Shown here: positions 13,844 through 27,095 of the stretch, piece by piece
Position numbering within the stretch: the stretch's first letter is position 1
Layout: each line of letters begins with the position of its first letter
Origin: Botryllus schlosseri
Lineage: Eukaryota
DNA: 64,000 bases
Direction of reading: 5' to 3'
NCBI GenBank assembly: GCA_051294905.1
Contig: CM119372.1
Location: forward strand, 24,368,001 to 24,432,000
The notes under the pieces: model-generated
The model's input: only the letters and a program-made list of their open reading frames with translations
Told to the model about the DNA's origin: nothing
Database searches by the model: none
Made by a program: the position numbers and the translations under genes

Positions 13844-15308
13844 CTATAATGCATTGATAGCCTTGTAATTGAAAATCTTTTTTCATTCGAAAGACAAATC
13901 ATCTGCATCGTGTATAGTTTTTACCAGAATAATCTGCATTTAAGAAAGAAAATACGACAAGATATTGTTTAATACTAAACCCTTACATGCTTTCTGTATT
14001 TTTTTCGTGAGTATACCGTCCCCGCCAAAATCCCAAAATGTACCATATGCATGATGAACGATCAATCTTGACCTGATCCGTCGAGGCTTGAGATATATCT
14101 TCAATCGAATTAAATTTATTTCACAGGCGCAGATAATCTGTTCTTACAGCAGCAAGTAGCATCCAACGTAGACAACACAGAAAAATTAACAGCATGGGCT
14201 AGCGAACACACAAACGCATTTATACACCACGTCTTAACCTAACAATCAACCAATCATTGACCTAATCACCAAATGAGAGGAACAGAAATACTAAATGAGA
14301 GTTCACAGGTCATAAGCAATTAAAGTTTCGCATGCGTTGAAAGTTATCCCCCACATTTTATTGACTTTCTTGCAATATATAAAAACAATTTTCACGACCG
14401 GCATATTTTAATTGAAAATTTTCCCTTGATCTGTGTGGGATAATTCGGGGTACCACCAAAAAAGGAATTGCATTTGGACTGAAAACCGCCGAAGAGATTT
14501 CAACAAATGCGCGAACCAGCAGTACGCAGCCCTTCGATAAATCGATACGGTATGTGTCCTGCGTTAGCATCGACAGCATTAGCTACACTGTAACTGTATA
14601 AGCTTTGATATGTGATCGTGGGTGTTTGATGGTTGCTTTGTAATTGCACCTGAGTTGCCTAGGTTTCCGCAGAAACGTTGTCGGATCTTTACGAGATGTT
14701 GATGATCTCTGATGAAGTCTGTGATTTCGAATTTACATTCGAATGATTAAAATGAAAATATGCGGGGATCGTCATTTAGCGATGGAACAAAGCATGCGAC
14801 TCTCGTTTCGTTTTCCGCGATCGGAAGTAGGACCCAATGGCTCATTGTAAGTTTGGTAAGCTGATTACGAAAAAAGATCAGCACAGCATTTGCCCAGACT
14901 TACTCACGGCCTATGTTCGAAGCTGATTAAGTTCAACATCTGCACGATCCTGATAAAAGGGCAAACGACCCCCAGCTTGAGAACCACTGTCTTTGACTAA
15001 AGCATCCAAACGGCCTTACCGACACTAGGAATTTACAGTTCTCATACAATTGCGAATGCAATTAATCGTACTGCAGTAAATGACGGTTATTTGAATTTAT
15101 TTTTATTGTAGTTTTTGCGAGGACAGGGGCACCGGTATTAATATCACTATATGCGACGCTAAATCACGCGCAGCGCGAAGAAAACTTCAAGTTTCCTAAA
15201 TCTTTCTAAAAATAAGATATTGTTTTTGTTGATTCACGAAATATTTTGCCTTCAAAATTCCGGACATTTAAGCATATTTCAGCATATCCTTGCGGACGCA
15301 TTTTGAAC

Positions 15309-15823
15309 CAGTGATGAGCGGATCGTGCTTTTCGAGACTCCGAATCCCTTCGACAACTTTAGTGTCTGGGGAAAACTCCCTCCGACTCCGAAGAGCTCAA
15401 TCCCAGACTTCGAGATACTCCGATGAATCTCGTCAAGTATCCGAAACAGTGGCAAGCATGGTACATGGTACACATGGTACAACATGGTACATGTGATAAT
15501 ATGGTTGGCCCATAGTATTGTTTACTCTCCAGTCCCCAATTGCAGTGCAGATGGTTGATTTTTATGCACTTGGCAATCATTTGTGCATGTTACCCGCCAT
15601 AGTAAAACTTTACAAGGTGTCAACTGTCTGTGTATTGGTTTGTAATCATAATCAATAGTGTATTCTGATCAGAGCTATCCAAAGATATCGAAGACAAAAG
15701 TTACAATACTCCGAAATTCTCCGAAAAATATATGTAGTAATCTCCGACTCCGCTCCGACTGTCACAAAATCGGCAAAACTCCACTCCGAATCCACTCCGA
15801 CTCCGCTCCGATGCTCATCACTG
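15309..15823. mobile_element. MITE nested in an older relative of the 8501-9618 element
   Basis: TIR cagtgatgagc / gctcatcactg, TSD TTTTGAAC/GTTTGAAC, actccg repeats. The host (~14830-15880) resembles the right half of 8501-9618 and ends ggacgtatggcaacccta. Confidence 0.85.
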
Positions 15824-16075
15824 GTTTGAACAGTGAAATTACACACAGGTCCGGGAAATCTCGGACGTATGGCAACCCTAAGTCCTAACATGGTAAAAGA
15901 AATCACGGTAAGTACAGCTATAATCATCCTCCAATTATTTTGTATTTTGTGCAGAAAATCCTTATACGTTACGCGGAAAAGAAAAGGATTACATGGTACA
16001 TGTTGATACATTTTGACACGCACCATTGATGTGTCCGTTGCAAGATCATGTGAGCTACGATTTTTAATATCCTTC

Positions 16076-16297
16076 TTATTTGTAAAATATCATGATCACA
16101 GAGTTGATTAACCGCTCGTCCAGTTGCCATTCAGCGTCCCGTTCATAATCTCTCGAAGCAAAGTCACCGCAGTAATTAGCATCCGCGTTAAATCCTGTGC
16201 TTCCAACGCAAACGTGCTCCGACTCAATTTTTCCAGATTTCATTTTTACTCCTGGACATAACGCATATGCTGATTGCTCCCTGTTGATGACACGAAA
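16076..16297 (-). CDS. ITLN: Intelectin last exon (ligand-binding region)
   Basis: tatag acceptor, then FRVINREQSAYALCPGVKMKSGKIESEHVCVGSTGFNADANYCGDFASRDYERDAEWQLDERLINSVIMIFYK*. Confidence 0.93.
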   Translation of the reverse strand, partial: FRVINREQSAYALCPGVKMKSGKIESEHVCVGSTGFNADANYCGDFASRDYERDAEWQLDERLINSVIMIFYK

Positions 16298-19200
16298 CTA
16301 TAAAATAAGTCGAATGTTAATCGTGAGAGAAGATAATCTCATCGTTTTGTAGTATTTTATATCACATGTGTGGTGTAATTCAATTGGAGTCTAAAAAGGT
16401 GATGGGTTTGCGGACTTGAATGTGATAGCACTTCTTCACATTGACCCTTATTCACGGGAGTTGGTCGAGTTGGTTACTACACCGCCATCGATTGTAGCAT
16501 GTAGCATGTATCGAAATAGTTTTTCCCGGATTTCTTCTTCCCGGTGTTGCTTTTCCTACAGCATCTTTACAAATATTTTCGTAGAAAGATCCGATGAAAA
16601 GAGAATGAAAACAACGAGGAAGCCTCAAAATAAACCCAACCGGAACATCGGGTATTAATACTAATAACACCAGTAGACCGAGGTGTTTGTTACATTAATA
16701 GATATCGTACTTGTTACTGTCGACCTATAATCAGCTCATTCCATCGGATTGAGTCTTGTGCAGTGGTTCTTAACCGGTGATCCATGGAACACTAGGGGTT
16801 CACTGGAGGTCACGACACTCACTCAACTCATACATATGATTTATGACGACATGCCCGTTTTGATCATCATTGGTTGTAGGTAATTAGACCCGATCATTAG
16901 TCAAGTTGTGACTGTTGTGGTGGTTGCCGTTTACAGTGGCGTACGCAGGTAAGTTTGAGGTTAGAAATCTTGAGCCCGTTATTATGAAATAATTTTTTAT
17001 TTCTCCAATATTTATAAGCTAATTTGCAATTATAGAATTAGTATCACGCAGTTGCGTATCGATGGAACAATACGGTGACACTTTCCACGTTGAAGACTCA
17101 CGTTTCTGAACTGGTATATATGAAAGGGAACCGCAGAAGTCACATTGATTTGCAATAAATATTCATCATATTTTATTGGTTTTGTTCTTTTAACACTCTG
17201 TTGATACATAATAATTCATTTTGCGCGCCAGCAATCTATAGTAACGTGTTAGATGTGTATTATGGTAGATTTTTGTTTTTATAACTTGTCAAAAATTTGG
17301 GGTTGTGCGAAGGCTTGCAGCTTTGCGAAGGTGCTCCCTGGGTTAGTACACTGGTTTCGTGTAAAGAGGGGTTAGTCACGAAGTAGTTCCGCAGCACTCA
17401 AGTACGTTTTGGCTTTCTTGCACTAATTACTCATTTCGCTATGTTTTTATACGACTTCCACTTCCACTTGCCAGTTTCTTAGGCTAAGCTACCTACTTTT
17501 TTAAAATTGGGATTTTGAAAAATAGAAACTGAAATTGACATACTATATGAATGCATGAAATAGCCTACCTACGATTAACTGCTATAAGCATATGTTTGGT
17601 TAACATACGTCCTCTTTTACGAATCTCAAAATATTGTAACCCGATAAGTATTTGACCCATGTATGTGACCCTTCAACTAAATTCCTTTTCATCGAGAATT
17701 TCTACTTCTACTTGCCATGTCTTTGAAATTGCATGACAAGAAGTAGGAATAACGGTGTTGCTCCTACTTTTACTTGAGTATAGGATTGTTCATAGTGTTC
17801 TTGATCCGATGTAAATAATAGAACCGATCATGATGATAAATTGATAATCATTAATTATGAGTTCAAGGCAGAATTCTATACGGGTCACCGGCAGGGATGC
17901 TTAGTATGACGCCAAAATGCGACTCACGTGACGTAACGTACCTGAATGTACCCCGCATCCACCTCACTGAACGACTTTGATGAATACATCGCCAATAACG
18001 CTTCGTTATTCCCACGGTTCCAAGTAACCGGGATTGCTGGTCCGTTGTCTACATTGGGTCGATATTGTTTCTCTTTCATGTTGTAATGGTTTGTGAACAA
18101 AGACGCCAGGTTTCCACCGAATCTTTTTAAGAATCCGCTGGTCGTGTGGTATTTTAGAAACGAACTGTGACAAATGTGATTTCATCACATGATATAGGTA
18201 TCATTTCAGATATACGAATGGTTATACAATACGTTTATGTCATCCTGCCTATTTCTCACTCCATGCTAGTATTTCACAATTGAGAATTTAGTATTATGAT
18301 TTTTTGATTCGCTCTTAGCCCAGGTGACCTGGTGTATCGGTAGAGTTGATGCCGATTGTGTCTTTGAAAATTATTATCTTGTGAATGATAATGATAATGT
18401 ATGGAATCGGACACCGCGTATTTACGAAACATTCGAATGTAATCGGAGGAATTTAATTGAGGATGGAAAACAAATCTTTATCTTGTAATAGGACACAGCG
18501 TACCTGCTTTCGAATCTCGACATGGGCGTGTCGTTCGGTACTTGCCAGATCATGACGTCACTAGCGTTCATAGTGAAATAAGCATAGTTTTTGTAATCGT
18601 CACTGGTCGCCGAAGCAGGCGAACCGTGAATGGCCCTGTTCTCCCAGAACCCGTCTCCGTTGATGTTCGCGTTATTTCCCTGTTCACTCGACCATCTGTC
18701 GCCCTCCGTACATCTTCCTTTCATGTGATTCTCATGAACAGAAGCTACGAGAGTCCAACCTCCGACTCCTGTGCCCATGTCGCAATATGTCCGGAATACG
18801 TTCCCCTAAACCGGAAATATTGAACTCTTTTTGAACCATGTCAGCCGTTATGGTCCTGCCACTACTGTGATGGGTGTGAGAATTCACATCTAGACTTGCC
18901 TTGTGAATAGGGATGGGGATGGGGATAGGGATGCGAACCCCTGAAAGGTTCATTGTGAACGTGAGCTTGAACGCGAACCTATTACGTCATGTGACGTCAT
19001 ATTGCTAATTCCAACCCTACATTTCTGTAAGGTCACATATTAAAGTACGCTATACCAGGGATATCTAGAACGCTAGATATCCCTGGCTATTCCTAGCGAC
19101 GACTCAGGCCACATTATGCCACAATTCCAAAGTCGCCTACACACTGACTTTTTAAGCAACGCCAAATGTATCAACTGAAACTTATCAAATGCTATAATTA

Positions 19201-22200
19201 TTCCCTAAAATCAATATCTACCGTCGCTTTGCCACCAATTTCGACGAGGGGTTGCTAGGGAATATAAGCTTACGCCTGAACGGTCTAGGCTTAACTCGAC
19301 CACGTATTCTTAAGGAGTCTGACTATTGCTACTGTCATTGATGTCAAAAATTGATTGGTTGAATATGCACAATTCGCTGCCTATAGACATAGTGTATTTC
19401 GTTCTTGATGTTGCGGGATTGCTGGTCAAGCTCACAACAGTGCGTTGGTAAATATCCACAAACGGAAAGCGGAATCTTTCGAGCAAACTTTTCCGACAAA
19501 GCGTATAAAATTATTGAAATTTGCAAGATGCATGCTAGCTTAGTGCTGAATGTCTTTTGATGGTGTCAGCACCAAGCAAAGAGTGGTCCGAAGTTGAATT
19601 GCAAATAGCTTCAACCAAATATGTTATAATGACCTGAAAAATTGTAGTAATTGAAAAGGGTTCACAGTGCAGAGCCTACCAAGGTTCATTTGCGAACCTC
19701 CAAATTTCTGAGGTTCACTTTACGCACCGAACGGGACCGTTAACCTCGCGTTCACACCATCCCTAGATACCATACAGGTGAATAACACGGCCAATGAAAG
19801 GCAGTTCTTCTTGCAATGTCGAAATGACAAAAATGAAGTATTCCATAGCGTTGTAACTTATTTCAAATGCGGAAGGGACTTTACGATGCATAGTAATTAT
19901 ATAACATCCTGTCACCGTCTGTGTCAGTGTTCTGTATATGTTTCACAGAGGGGCAACTCTAAACGCGGAACGAGCGGACCGCAGAGCAAGCGGAACTTGC
20001 AATGCTAAACGACTGACCAAGCGGAACTTGCAATGCTAAACGGCAGACCAAGAGGAACTGCGGACCGAGCGGACCGACAGAAATTAGCCCAAATCTAAAC
20101 GGCAGACCGCGGAACTTGTAATACTAAACAACGGACCAAGCGGACCAAGACAAAATTACTCAAATCTAAACGGTGGAACGAGCGGACCGCGGAACAGGCG
20201 GAACTCGAGATACTAAACGGCGGACCGAGCGGAGCTGCGGACTATCACAAATTTCGCAATGAAAACGGTGGACTACGGAACAGGCACATCTCTCAATATT
20301 CCAACTTACTCAAAACATTTTTTTTGGACTTGAACAATTGTTGAAGCTCATATTTCGTTAAAAAAATTTGTCAAGTAATATAATTCTCTAACGTCTAGTT
20401 ATGATAGAATTTTACTTTATTCCGTGTCGTTTTGCACTTTATATGTTTTGCATTTCTATGTAATGAACTTTTCTTATCATGACATTGTAATCAGTTTACA
20501 CAAAAAACAGTACCAGTTTTAGTAACAATTTCATCATTTCAGAGCACCACGACACTGCGCAACTCCGCTTGATCCGCAGTTTAGTATTGAGCAGTCCGCT
20601 TGTTCCGCGGTCCGCTCGTTCCGCCGTTTAGACTTGAGTTATTTTGTCTTGGTGAATATGGAAAATCCTATCGCCAATCCGATGCTGCGATAATGTCATT
20701 GTTTTGACATTACGCTAGCGGATATCCCGTATTCAAGGCCATCATGTCGTTGCGTTTGTTTGAATTGTGTGGCAGACAGCAGTTTAGTGGCTACCATATG
20801 GAATCACCGGATATATATTCGTCCATAATGATCATAATGAAATCAGATTGAAACATGACGCATTTATATTTTTCTATTATATTTATTATTCAGTTCATGG
20901 ACGTTCTTGACGAATCTTACTTTCTGTACTGTAGTAATTGCACATGCACAATTGCACACCATACATTACAAACTAGATGTGCCTATATTAGTGCAAAGCT
21001 GGTGATGTAGCTTTGCAGCAGAATAATGGAATATGTTAGTCAGGGGTGTCAAACTCAACTAGCGTCACGGGCAGGACTGAAACCTTCAAATTGCTCACGG
21101 GCCTGACTCGTCACATGATTACAAAATGTTACCTCAATATCCCCTCCCTGATGTTGCACTTGAATACTTTTTTATCAACTCAATATACATAAGAGTATAT
21201 TACTTTATATTACGGATCGTTAGTTGGCATATTTCTATGCTCCCGTTATTCAAGTCGTAATTTGACGTTAGCCCTGTGAATGGGTTGTGAGGAATACAGG
21301 AGATTTAACAGTACGCGCGGACGTAGAAATTTAGTTGATTGTTAATAAATCGGGATTCGGGTCTGTCTGAAGACTGAGGACTTTTTGAGTCAGAGACGAT
21401 ACAGCAGTGCGAACACATATATCTGAAATATATATTTTGGGTGACTATTATATTAGCCATTTAATCTAGTGGGTATGACGGTGTCGCAATGGAGTTTTAC
21501 TTTAGTTTATACTGGGTGATAGCCAATGGTATTAGTTGCGTTGGGTCAACACTGAAATGGCTTTGCAATTCGTCGCTAGATCTCTATGTTTTAGTAACAT
21601 CAATGGCATGAATCCCTTCATATGAGACAGGTGGATGGACAAAAAAGTTCATTACAGGGACGGGGAAATGTAGAACTACGAAATTTATTATATCGTCGGT
21701 GACGTTGACCATTATTTAACAAAATCTAGGCTTCACCAGCACACCAACATCAAACTAGATTGATGACTGTAATAAATTTTTGCTACCTCGACATCTTGCA
21801 ATTCGTAAAGTCCGTTCTTATCTGTGTCGTTTCGGCGCCTAATTTCGTTGCAGCTTGAAGGAGGGTTGGAGATCGATTCGAGAATCATGCTATCTGCATT
21901 TGAAAGAATTGACAAGTATAGGCCTATTTCGAAAAATAGTGATAAACTGTCCCGTGGGACTGCGCATCAATATCTAGGTAGAACTGAACAGCTCTCGGTA
22001 GAGCTGAACTGAAGTAGTCCTTGCGAGTAATAAGTGATTGTCGAGTGTTCTTAACTTACCGCTACAATCCAGACGCAGTAAATCTACCGTTGCGTGCATT
22101 GTAGGTGAAGATTACCCATTTTAGCCTATAAAATATCGTTACAAATACGCTGGCAAAACTCTACATGAGCATTTGAGCAACCACATTAATGCCGGTACAA

Positions 22201-25200
22201 CCAATAGCGTCGAGAAGGCCTGTTTACGGTATGGACGCTTTTGGAAAGACGCATAACTCCAAATAATGGCTCAGTAAACGGGTCGCGGGCCACTTTTAAA
22301 AATTCATAGTGGCCGCGGGCCACATGACGTCAATATAGAGATAAAATAAGCAACGCAGTTTAACAACCACTTTTTGATAACTCAACGTCAATACAGCGCT
22401 GTGCTCTCTGACATGGCCAACGGGCATGAAAGAATATTTTATTGGAGAAATACAAATATACAAAAAAAAATATCACGATCATCACATTCCATTTTGAACC
22501 ATGAGCTGCGCACGATACCTGACAACACTCTTCAGTAACTGAAGCAGGTGTGGCCAACCAATTTTCCATTCATGGCCGCATTTCCACTACTTATACTCAG
22601 TTTCAAATTTTCAATTATATGTACTGGAAATATTGTTGTGTTGACTAAAAAAAGGTTACTTCGCCTGGACTCCTGTATTTCCCTTTTTCAGTACTGCTGT
22701 AGTCAGACTTGGACAACTAGAAAATTTTTAGCTTTTCTGTATTAGATTAGAATTAGAATTAGAGCTAAACAGTTTTTTTCAAATTAGATTAGAATTAGAA
22801 TTAGAGCTAAATTTAGATTTGAATAAAATAGTACTATAATGAATAATTAAAGAATTGGTCACCGTAAATACTATTTTATTCATAATCCAAATTTTTCGAC
22901 GGCAATAATTCCGCTTCCACTGTTTGGAATTGAACCAAATTCGGTGAACATCGTTTCTATAGACATAGACAACCCAACACTTTCACGGGGCGAACGGAAA
23001 ATTTTCAATTTTTTTGTTATTCATTTTTATATAATAAATAGAAACTTTCTTCTCCTGTAGCATTTCAATTTTTTGTTATTCATTTTTATATAATAAATAT
23101 AAACTTTCTTCTCCTGTAGCAATGCGGTTACTGGTTGGAATTGAACCAAATTTGGTGTGTAGGCTTAAATTAGGTAACCTAACAATTTTATCAAGTAGCC
23201 AGTACGATTTGAGAAAAAAGTCATTTTTGAAGAGCCCTAACGTACACGTCCATTGCATATCTGACAACCACACGACTATGTGTTTGTGGTTAGTTGGTTA
23301 CTGAGCAATTGAAGGGCAATCAAGCATAGCTTATACTTGCATTGGGATGAGCAGCAAGGCTCACAAATCTTACGTCTCTGGGAATATCTTGATCCATCGC
23401 ACTATTCGTACTAGATAGCTCTCCTTTTACAAAGCAGTAAATCACACATCTGAAATAATTATAATTATTCGATTGCGATTACCTTTTGCATTTGCGCGAA
23501 TGTAATCGATAACGAATATGACTACATTTACTATTACTATTGCAAATCCCGATTACCACATGCCTGTCTCTGCTATTATACTGTAACTGGCACTACAATA
23601 AAGCGTTTTGGTGGAACATATGGCTCAATGTGGAAATTACATGCTCTCGAAAAAGATGAATCTTCTCCCAAAAGATTTCCATTTGTGATTTGTCGCGATT
23701 TTACGCTCATTCCAATACAGAAAGTGCCGCAACATTCAACGAAACTGTTAAAAGCAATTTCTCCTTCAATGCTTTTGCGAATTGAATAGGTACTCACCCT
23801 TTGAATTCCTCTCTTTTAGTTGCAGAAGTTTCTCTTCAATATCCTGATATTCTGAAATCTTATGATGAAGAACGCATAAACATAAACACTTATCGATGAT
23901 TTGTGTACTGTAATGGAAGCTTTCTGCACAAATTGCTACTCAATACCATGCTTCACACAGAAAGAAAGATTCAGAATAAATGGAAAGCAATTTGAAATCG
24001 TGATAAGTGAACAACTTAATAATAAGCTTTTATCAAATTATAATTTGTTATCAAAGACTTTTACGGACTTCCATAGTTCGCATAGTTGAGTTGTCGAATT
24101 GAATCATTAAGCTCCCGCAACACAATATCGATTTTCGCAGAATCTGTAATAAAGATATAGATGAAAGACAATGGTCATTCAAGATGTCAATAAACTCAAT
24201 TCATAACTGACTCAATCTCATGGTTTTATACAAGTATTTCCTATGTAATCACAGTGCGACGAGAATGTCTCTTCATCGTACTTAAACCTGTTTGCGCAGT
24301 TTTATCTAGCAGAGGCTACATTTACTTGATTATGGAGCAATGTACTTTAAATATGAGGTGGTCTCAAATTAAAAAAAAATAACGGGAACATTTTTGGGGG
24401 GGTCGCGGCCATTTTGTTCAGAAATCCACCGTACTGGAACTGCAGCTAAAAGAAAACTACACCCATCCCCATTTTATGAGTTGGATATAGGAGTTCTATG
24501 GGGAGAGTTAAATACGATCCGATGTACCCCACTCGAACTCCAGTTGGTTTGTTTCTAATTGTAACATTAGGCCGTGATCCACAGCCAATCCCTAATCCAA
24601 TTAATTGCTTTGCAGATCCGACGATTTCCCATCCAAAGTCTGATTTTATTGTTTTTATTGCGTTTTTAGTCAGGAACGTCACGAATTTCCAATTGCTACT
24701 CACATGGGATTGATATTGCCATATGGATCTTTCAAAATTACAATGGAAAATACAGGGTCAATATGGTTCCTTTGACGAGAAAAGTTTCCTACCCGTCTTA
24801 CTTGGTCCGAAAATATCTTTGACCAAGACTACATGGTCATGCAGCATTTTTCCGCTTGGCAGTCATCGTCATAAGAACATTAATTCCGTTCCAGTGTTAA
24901 ACAACTATATGTTCTATAACTGTTGCACCAACTGCGATTTCGAGGAGTCCAAACACTCCATATTGTTTTAGTCGACTACATCTATTGCCAGTTGTCCGAA
25001 GGCTCATACTACATGTTTTTCACGCGTATTTACTCAATTATGAGATCATTATGCAACTTTTGAAATTATTTTAATGGCATTTTTTCAAACAATGTTTAAG
25101 GCGTGTAAAACACCTGTTTTGAATGAAACCCCAAAGTCTAATTGAATCAAATTATTCGTCTCTAATACTAGGGTTACCATACGTCCTCCTTTAGGAGGAT

Positions 25201-26710
25201 TTGTCCTCCTTTTTCTGGTTTTTGAAAATGTCGTCCGATGACGCCTAAATGTCCTTCTTTTTGGCAATTCGTCCTCCTTTACAGCTTTTAGAGCTAAGAT
25301 AATGGATAGATTCGAATTAAAATGGGGATTTAAGACGCTACATAGGAAATCCGTGGTTTGAACGAAAGCGACGACTTTTTTTAGTCAACTAACGGAAAAT
25401 CTGAAAGAAAGACTGTATCTCGGGAGTTGAGCCGGAAAGCTGACCTTTTTTTAGTCAACCAACCGCATGTCGGGAAAAATTTACCATTTTTCCACCTTTT
25501 ACTAGAGGTCGACCGATTATCGACCTGGCCGATTATCGAACCAATATTTGGAAGTTTACCGATTATCGATATTGGCCAATGGAGGCCGATATCGCGGCGG
25601 ATATTTTATATATAAAAAAAATCAAAAATATTGCAAATTCAACGCTCCGTGTTCTCAATCTCGAGAAATAGACGACGCAAAGGGCGATACCTGATGGATT
25701 TACCCTTGCAGGACGAGTTTAACTGGGTTAGCATGTAGAGAAACTATGCTTCCTGAATTACCATCTACATCTACTGGCCTGATCTGCAATTCTGTATAAC
25801 GTTTTGCCTTCAGGGTTGTCCCAATCAATGAATGTGCACAATTAAGCTATAATTCTTTTTAATTTCAGTTATCTCGTTTGTTGTTCAGCTTTCTGTGGCA
25901 TGTGCAAGTGCCATCTTGCTTAATATATAATATTTTTTGCGAAATGGTTCTCGGTTCCTTCCATATTATTATCGGTTGACCACATACTCTTGCATTGCGA
26001 AAAATATGACTTTCACCGAACATTTCTTGCCGACGCATGTACTACGCTCAATGTACCGTTTACTTTAACCAATTTACTTACTATGCCGCAATTATTTACG
26101 CCGGTCGCCGAGTTTATTATTTCATGTAACTTGTATATATAGTTTGAAAGTTTATATAGTTTGAAATTTAACCCTATGTCCCAGAGCACGAAAACTAGAT
26201 CCTTGATTACATATTTTGTCCGTGGTGCACAAGGCCGGAAACGGCGACACGCGCCACTTAAAACTCCTCATTAATAATAATAATAATAATAATATTATTA
26301 TCGGCCTATGATATCTGTATCGGCCTGCAAAATCAATATAGGTTGACCTCTAGATTTTACTCTAGTATTGTATGTCTGAAGATTTGGAAAGTGTCCCCCT
26401 TTCACGATTCCAAAATATGGTAACCCTACTAATACGAGTAATGATTTTGATTCATTGTTTCAATTCGACGTTAACATCGGCTGTAGCGCAGTCGTTCCAT
26501 ACATGAAGCCGATTTAGCGAGGAGTATAGAAAACAAGCTATGCTTAAAGACCGTTAAACACTATATGCTATTCAGAACCGGCATGCGTTATAAATGCTCC
26601 CATGCTGTGTACTACCAACCTCGTTGCCAAGTGTCTTTAAGTTCAAGATGAAGCGTGAAAATTGTTGCTAGTACAACGATTGCTGCAGCGAGTAGTAAGA
26701 TCGCAGCCAT
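16076..26710 (-). CDS. ITLN: Intelectin-like lectin, spliced, six coding exons (26710-26620, 23851-23798, 21893-21787, 18805-18504, 18164-17942, 16297-16076)
   Basis: All introns are GT-AG with compatible phases (1,1,0,2,0). Joined protein: MAAILLLAAAIVVLATIFTLHLELKDTWQR-EYQDIEEKLLQLKERNSK-DSMILESISNPPSSCNEIRRRNDTDKNGLYELQDVE-GNVFRTYCDMGTGVGGWTLVASVHEN...GDRWSSEQG...ATSDDYKN...IWQVPN...-FLKYHTTSGFLKRFGGNL...DNGPAIPV...AGYIQ-FRVINREQSAYALCPG...EHVCVG...CGDF...SVIMIFYK*. This is colinear with vertebrate intelectin motifs. The first two exons and the start codon are less certain than the last four exons. Confidence 0.9.
17942..18164 (-). CDS. ITLN: Intelectin internal exon
   Basis: cacag acceptor and gtacgt donor; SFLKYHTTSGFLKRFGGNLASLFTNHYNMKEKQYRPNVDNGPAIPVTWNRG...VDAGYIQ. 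Confidence 0.93.
18504..18805 (-). CDS. ITLN: Intelectin fibrinogen-like domain exon
   Basis: tttag acceptor and gtacgc donor; GNVFRTYCDMGTGVGGWTLVASVHENHMKGRCTEGDRWSSEQG...ATSDDYKN (ORF track 18422-18778). Confidence 0.96.
18908..19765. mobile_element. Intronic copy of the tagggatggtgtgaac MITE family
   Basis: Ends tagggatg.. / gttcacaccatcccta. Internally homologous to 39627-44305, 40043-42308 and a fragment at ~31915-32232. TSD not preserved. Confidence 0.8.
19958..20640. repeat. Degenerate tandem array (ctaaacggcggaccaagcggaac-like units) with an inverted partner at 20565-20650
   Basis: About 8 irregular units at 19958-20290 plus reverse-complement units downstream, as expected for transposon subterminal repeats. 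Confidence 0.75.
21787..21893 (-). CDS. ITLN: Intelectin exon at the start of the fibrinogen-like domain
   Basis: tgcag acceptor and gtagca donor; PSSCNEIRRRNDTDKNGLYELQDVE matches the intelectin P.SC.EI......GLY.L motif. Confidence 0.88.
23798..23851 (-). CDS. ITLN: 54-bp helical neck exon of the intelectin
   Basis: ttcag acceptor, gtgagt donor, phase 1-1; YQDIEEKLLQLKERNSK. A homologous 54-bp exon lies at 63807-63860. Confidence 0.8.
25169..26428. mobile_element. tagggttaccata MITE containing a nested element (25503-26352)
   Basis: TIR tagggttaccata / tatggtaacccta flanked by CTAATAC. Inner TIR tagaggtcgacc / ggttgacctcta. Same family at 55118-55444 and ~39320-39615. Confidence 0.85.
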
Positions 26711-26775
26711 TACCTTCAAGCAGTTTTTGTTGAACCACCCCTCTGTCTCTACTTTGTCCGATGGTTAATGGCAAC
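26620..26775 (-). CDS. ITLN: Hydrophobic anchor/signal exon of the minus-strand intelectin
   Basis: ttcag acceptor and gttggt donor. There is an in-frame TAA at 26765-26767, then ATG at 26710 giving MAAILLLAAAIVVLATIFTLHLELKDTWQR. The exon is conserved with 54730-54879. Confidence 0.75.
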
Positions 26776-27095
26776 CTGAATGGAACGATCTTTGTGACAT
26801 AGAAGTAATAATTTGAGACAGATAGGTCGGTCGTTCCCAAACGTATCTTTGTGGGCTCCGTTGATGTCTTTTGAAACCTTGATCACCCTCCCCCATATAA
26901 ATATATTGCAACTGTGACTTATCTTTTATTACTCATTATCACTGCATTTAGCAATACCGGCGAATAGAATCGACTTTTGCGCTTGCGCATCAAAAAATGA
27001 AAGTTTCTATTCACAATTTCCTGGATTACATCAGATATTCAGGACTTTAACAGTATGGATATTTGGACGGAATTTTCACCATTGACAGTGACGAC

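Noticed and set aside
19958..20290. Repeat array superficially like a CRISPR
   Set aside because: Units are degenerate and irregular with no unique spacers, have an inverted partner and lie in a eukaryotic intron. They fit transposon subterminal repeats.
21041..22330. Intelectin exon captured inside a MITE (Pack-type)
   Set aside because: The left TIR at 21041 has no matching right TIR or TSD beyond the exon. The flanking pieces are unrelated fragments.
22741..23121. Telomere-like ttagaa/ttagat run and a ~59-bp tandem duplication
   Set aside because: Short, degenerate slippage-type repeats next to a dispersed repeat, with no evidence of function.
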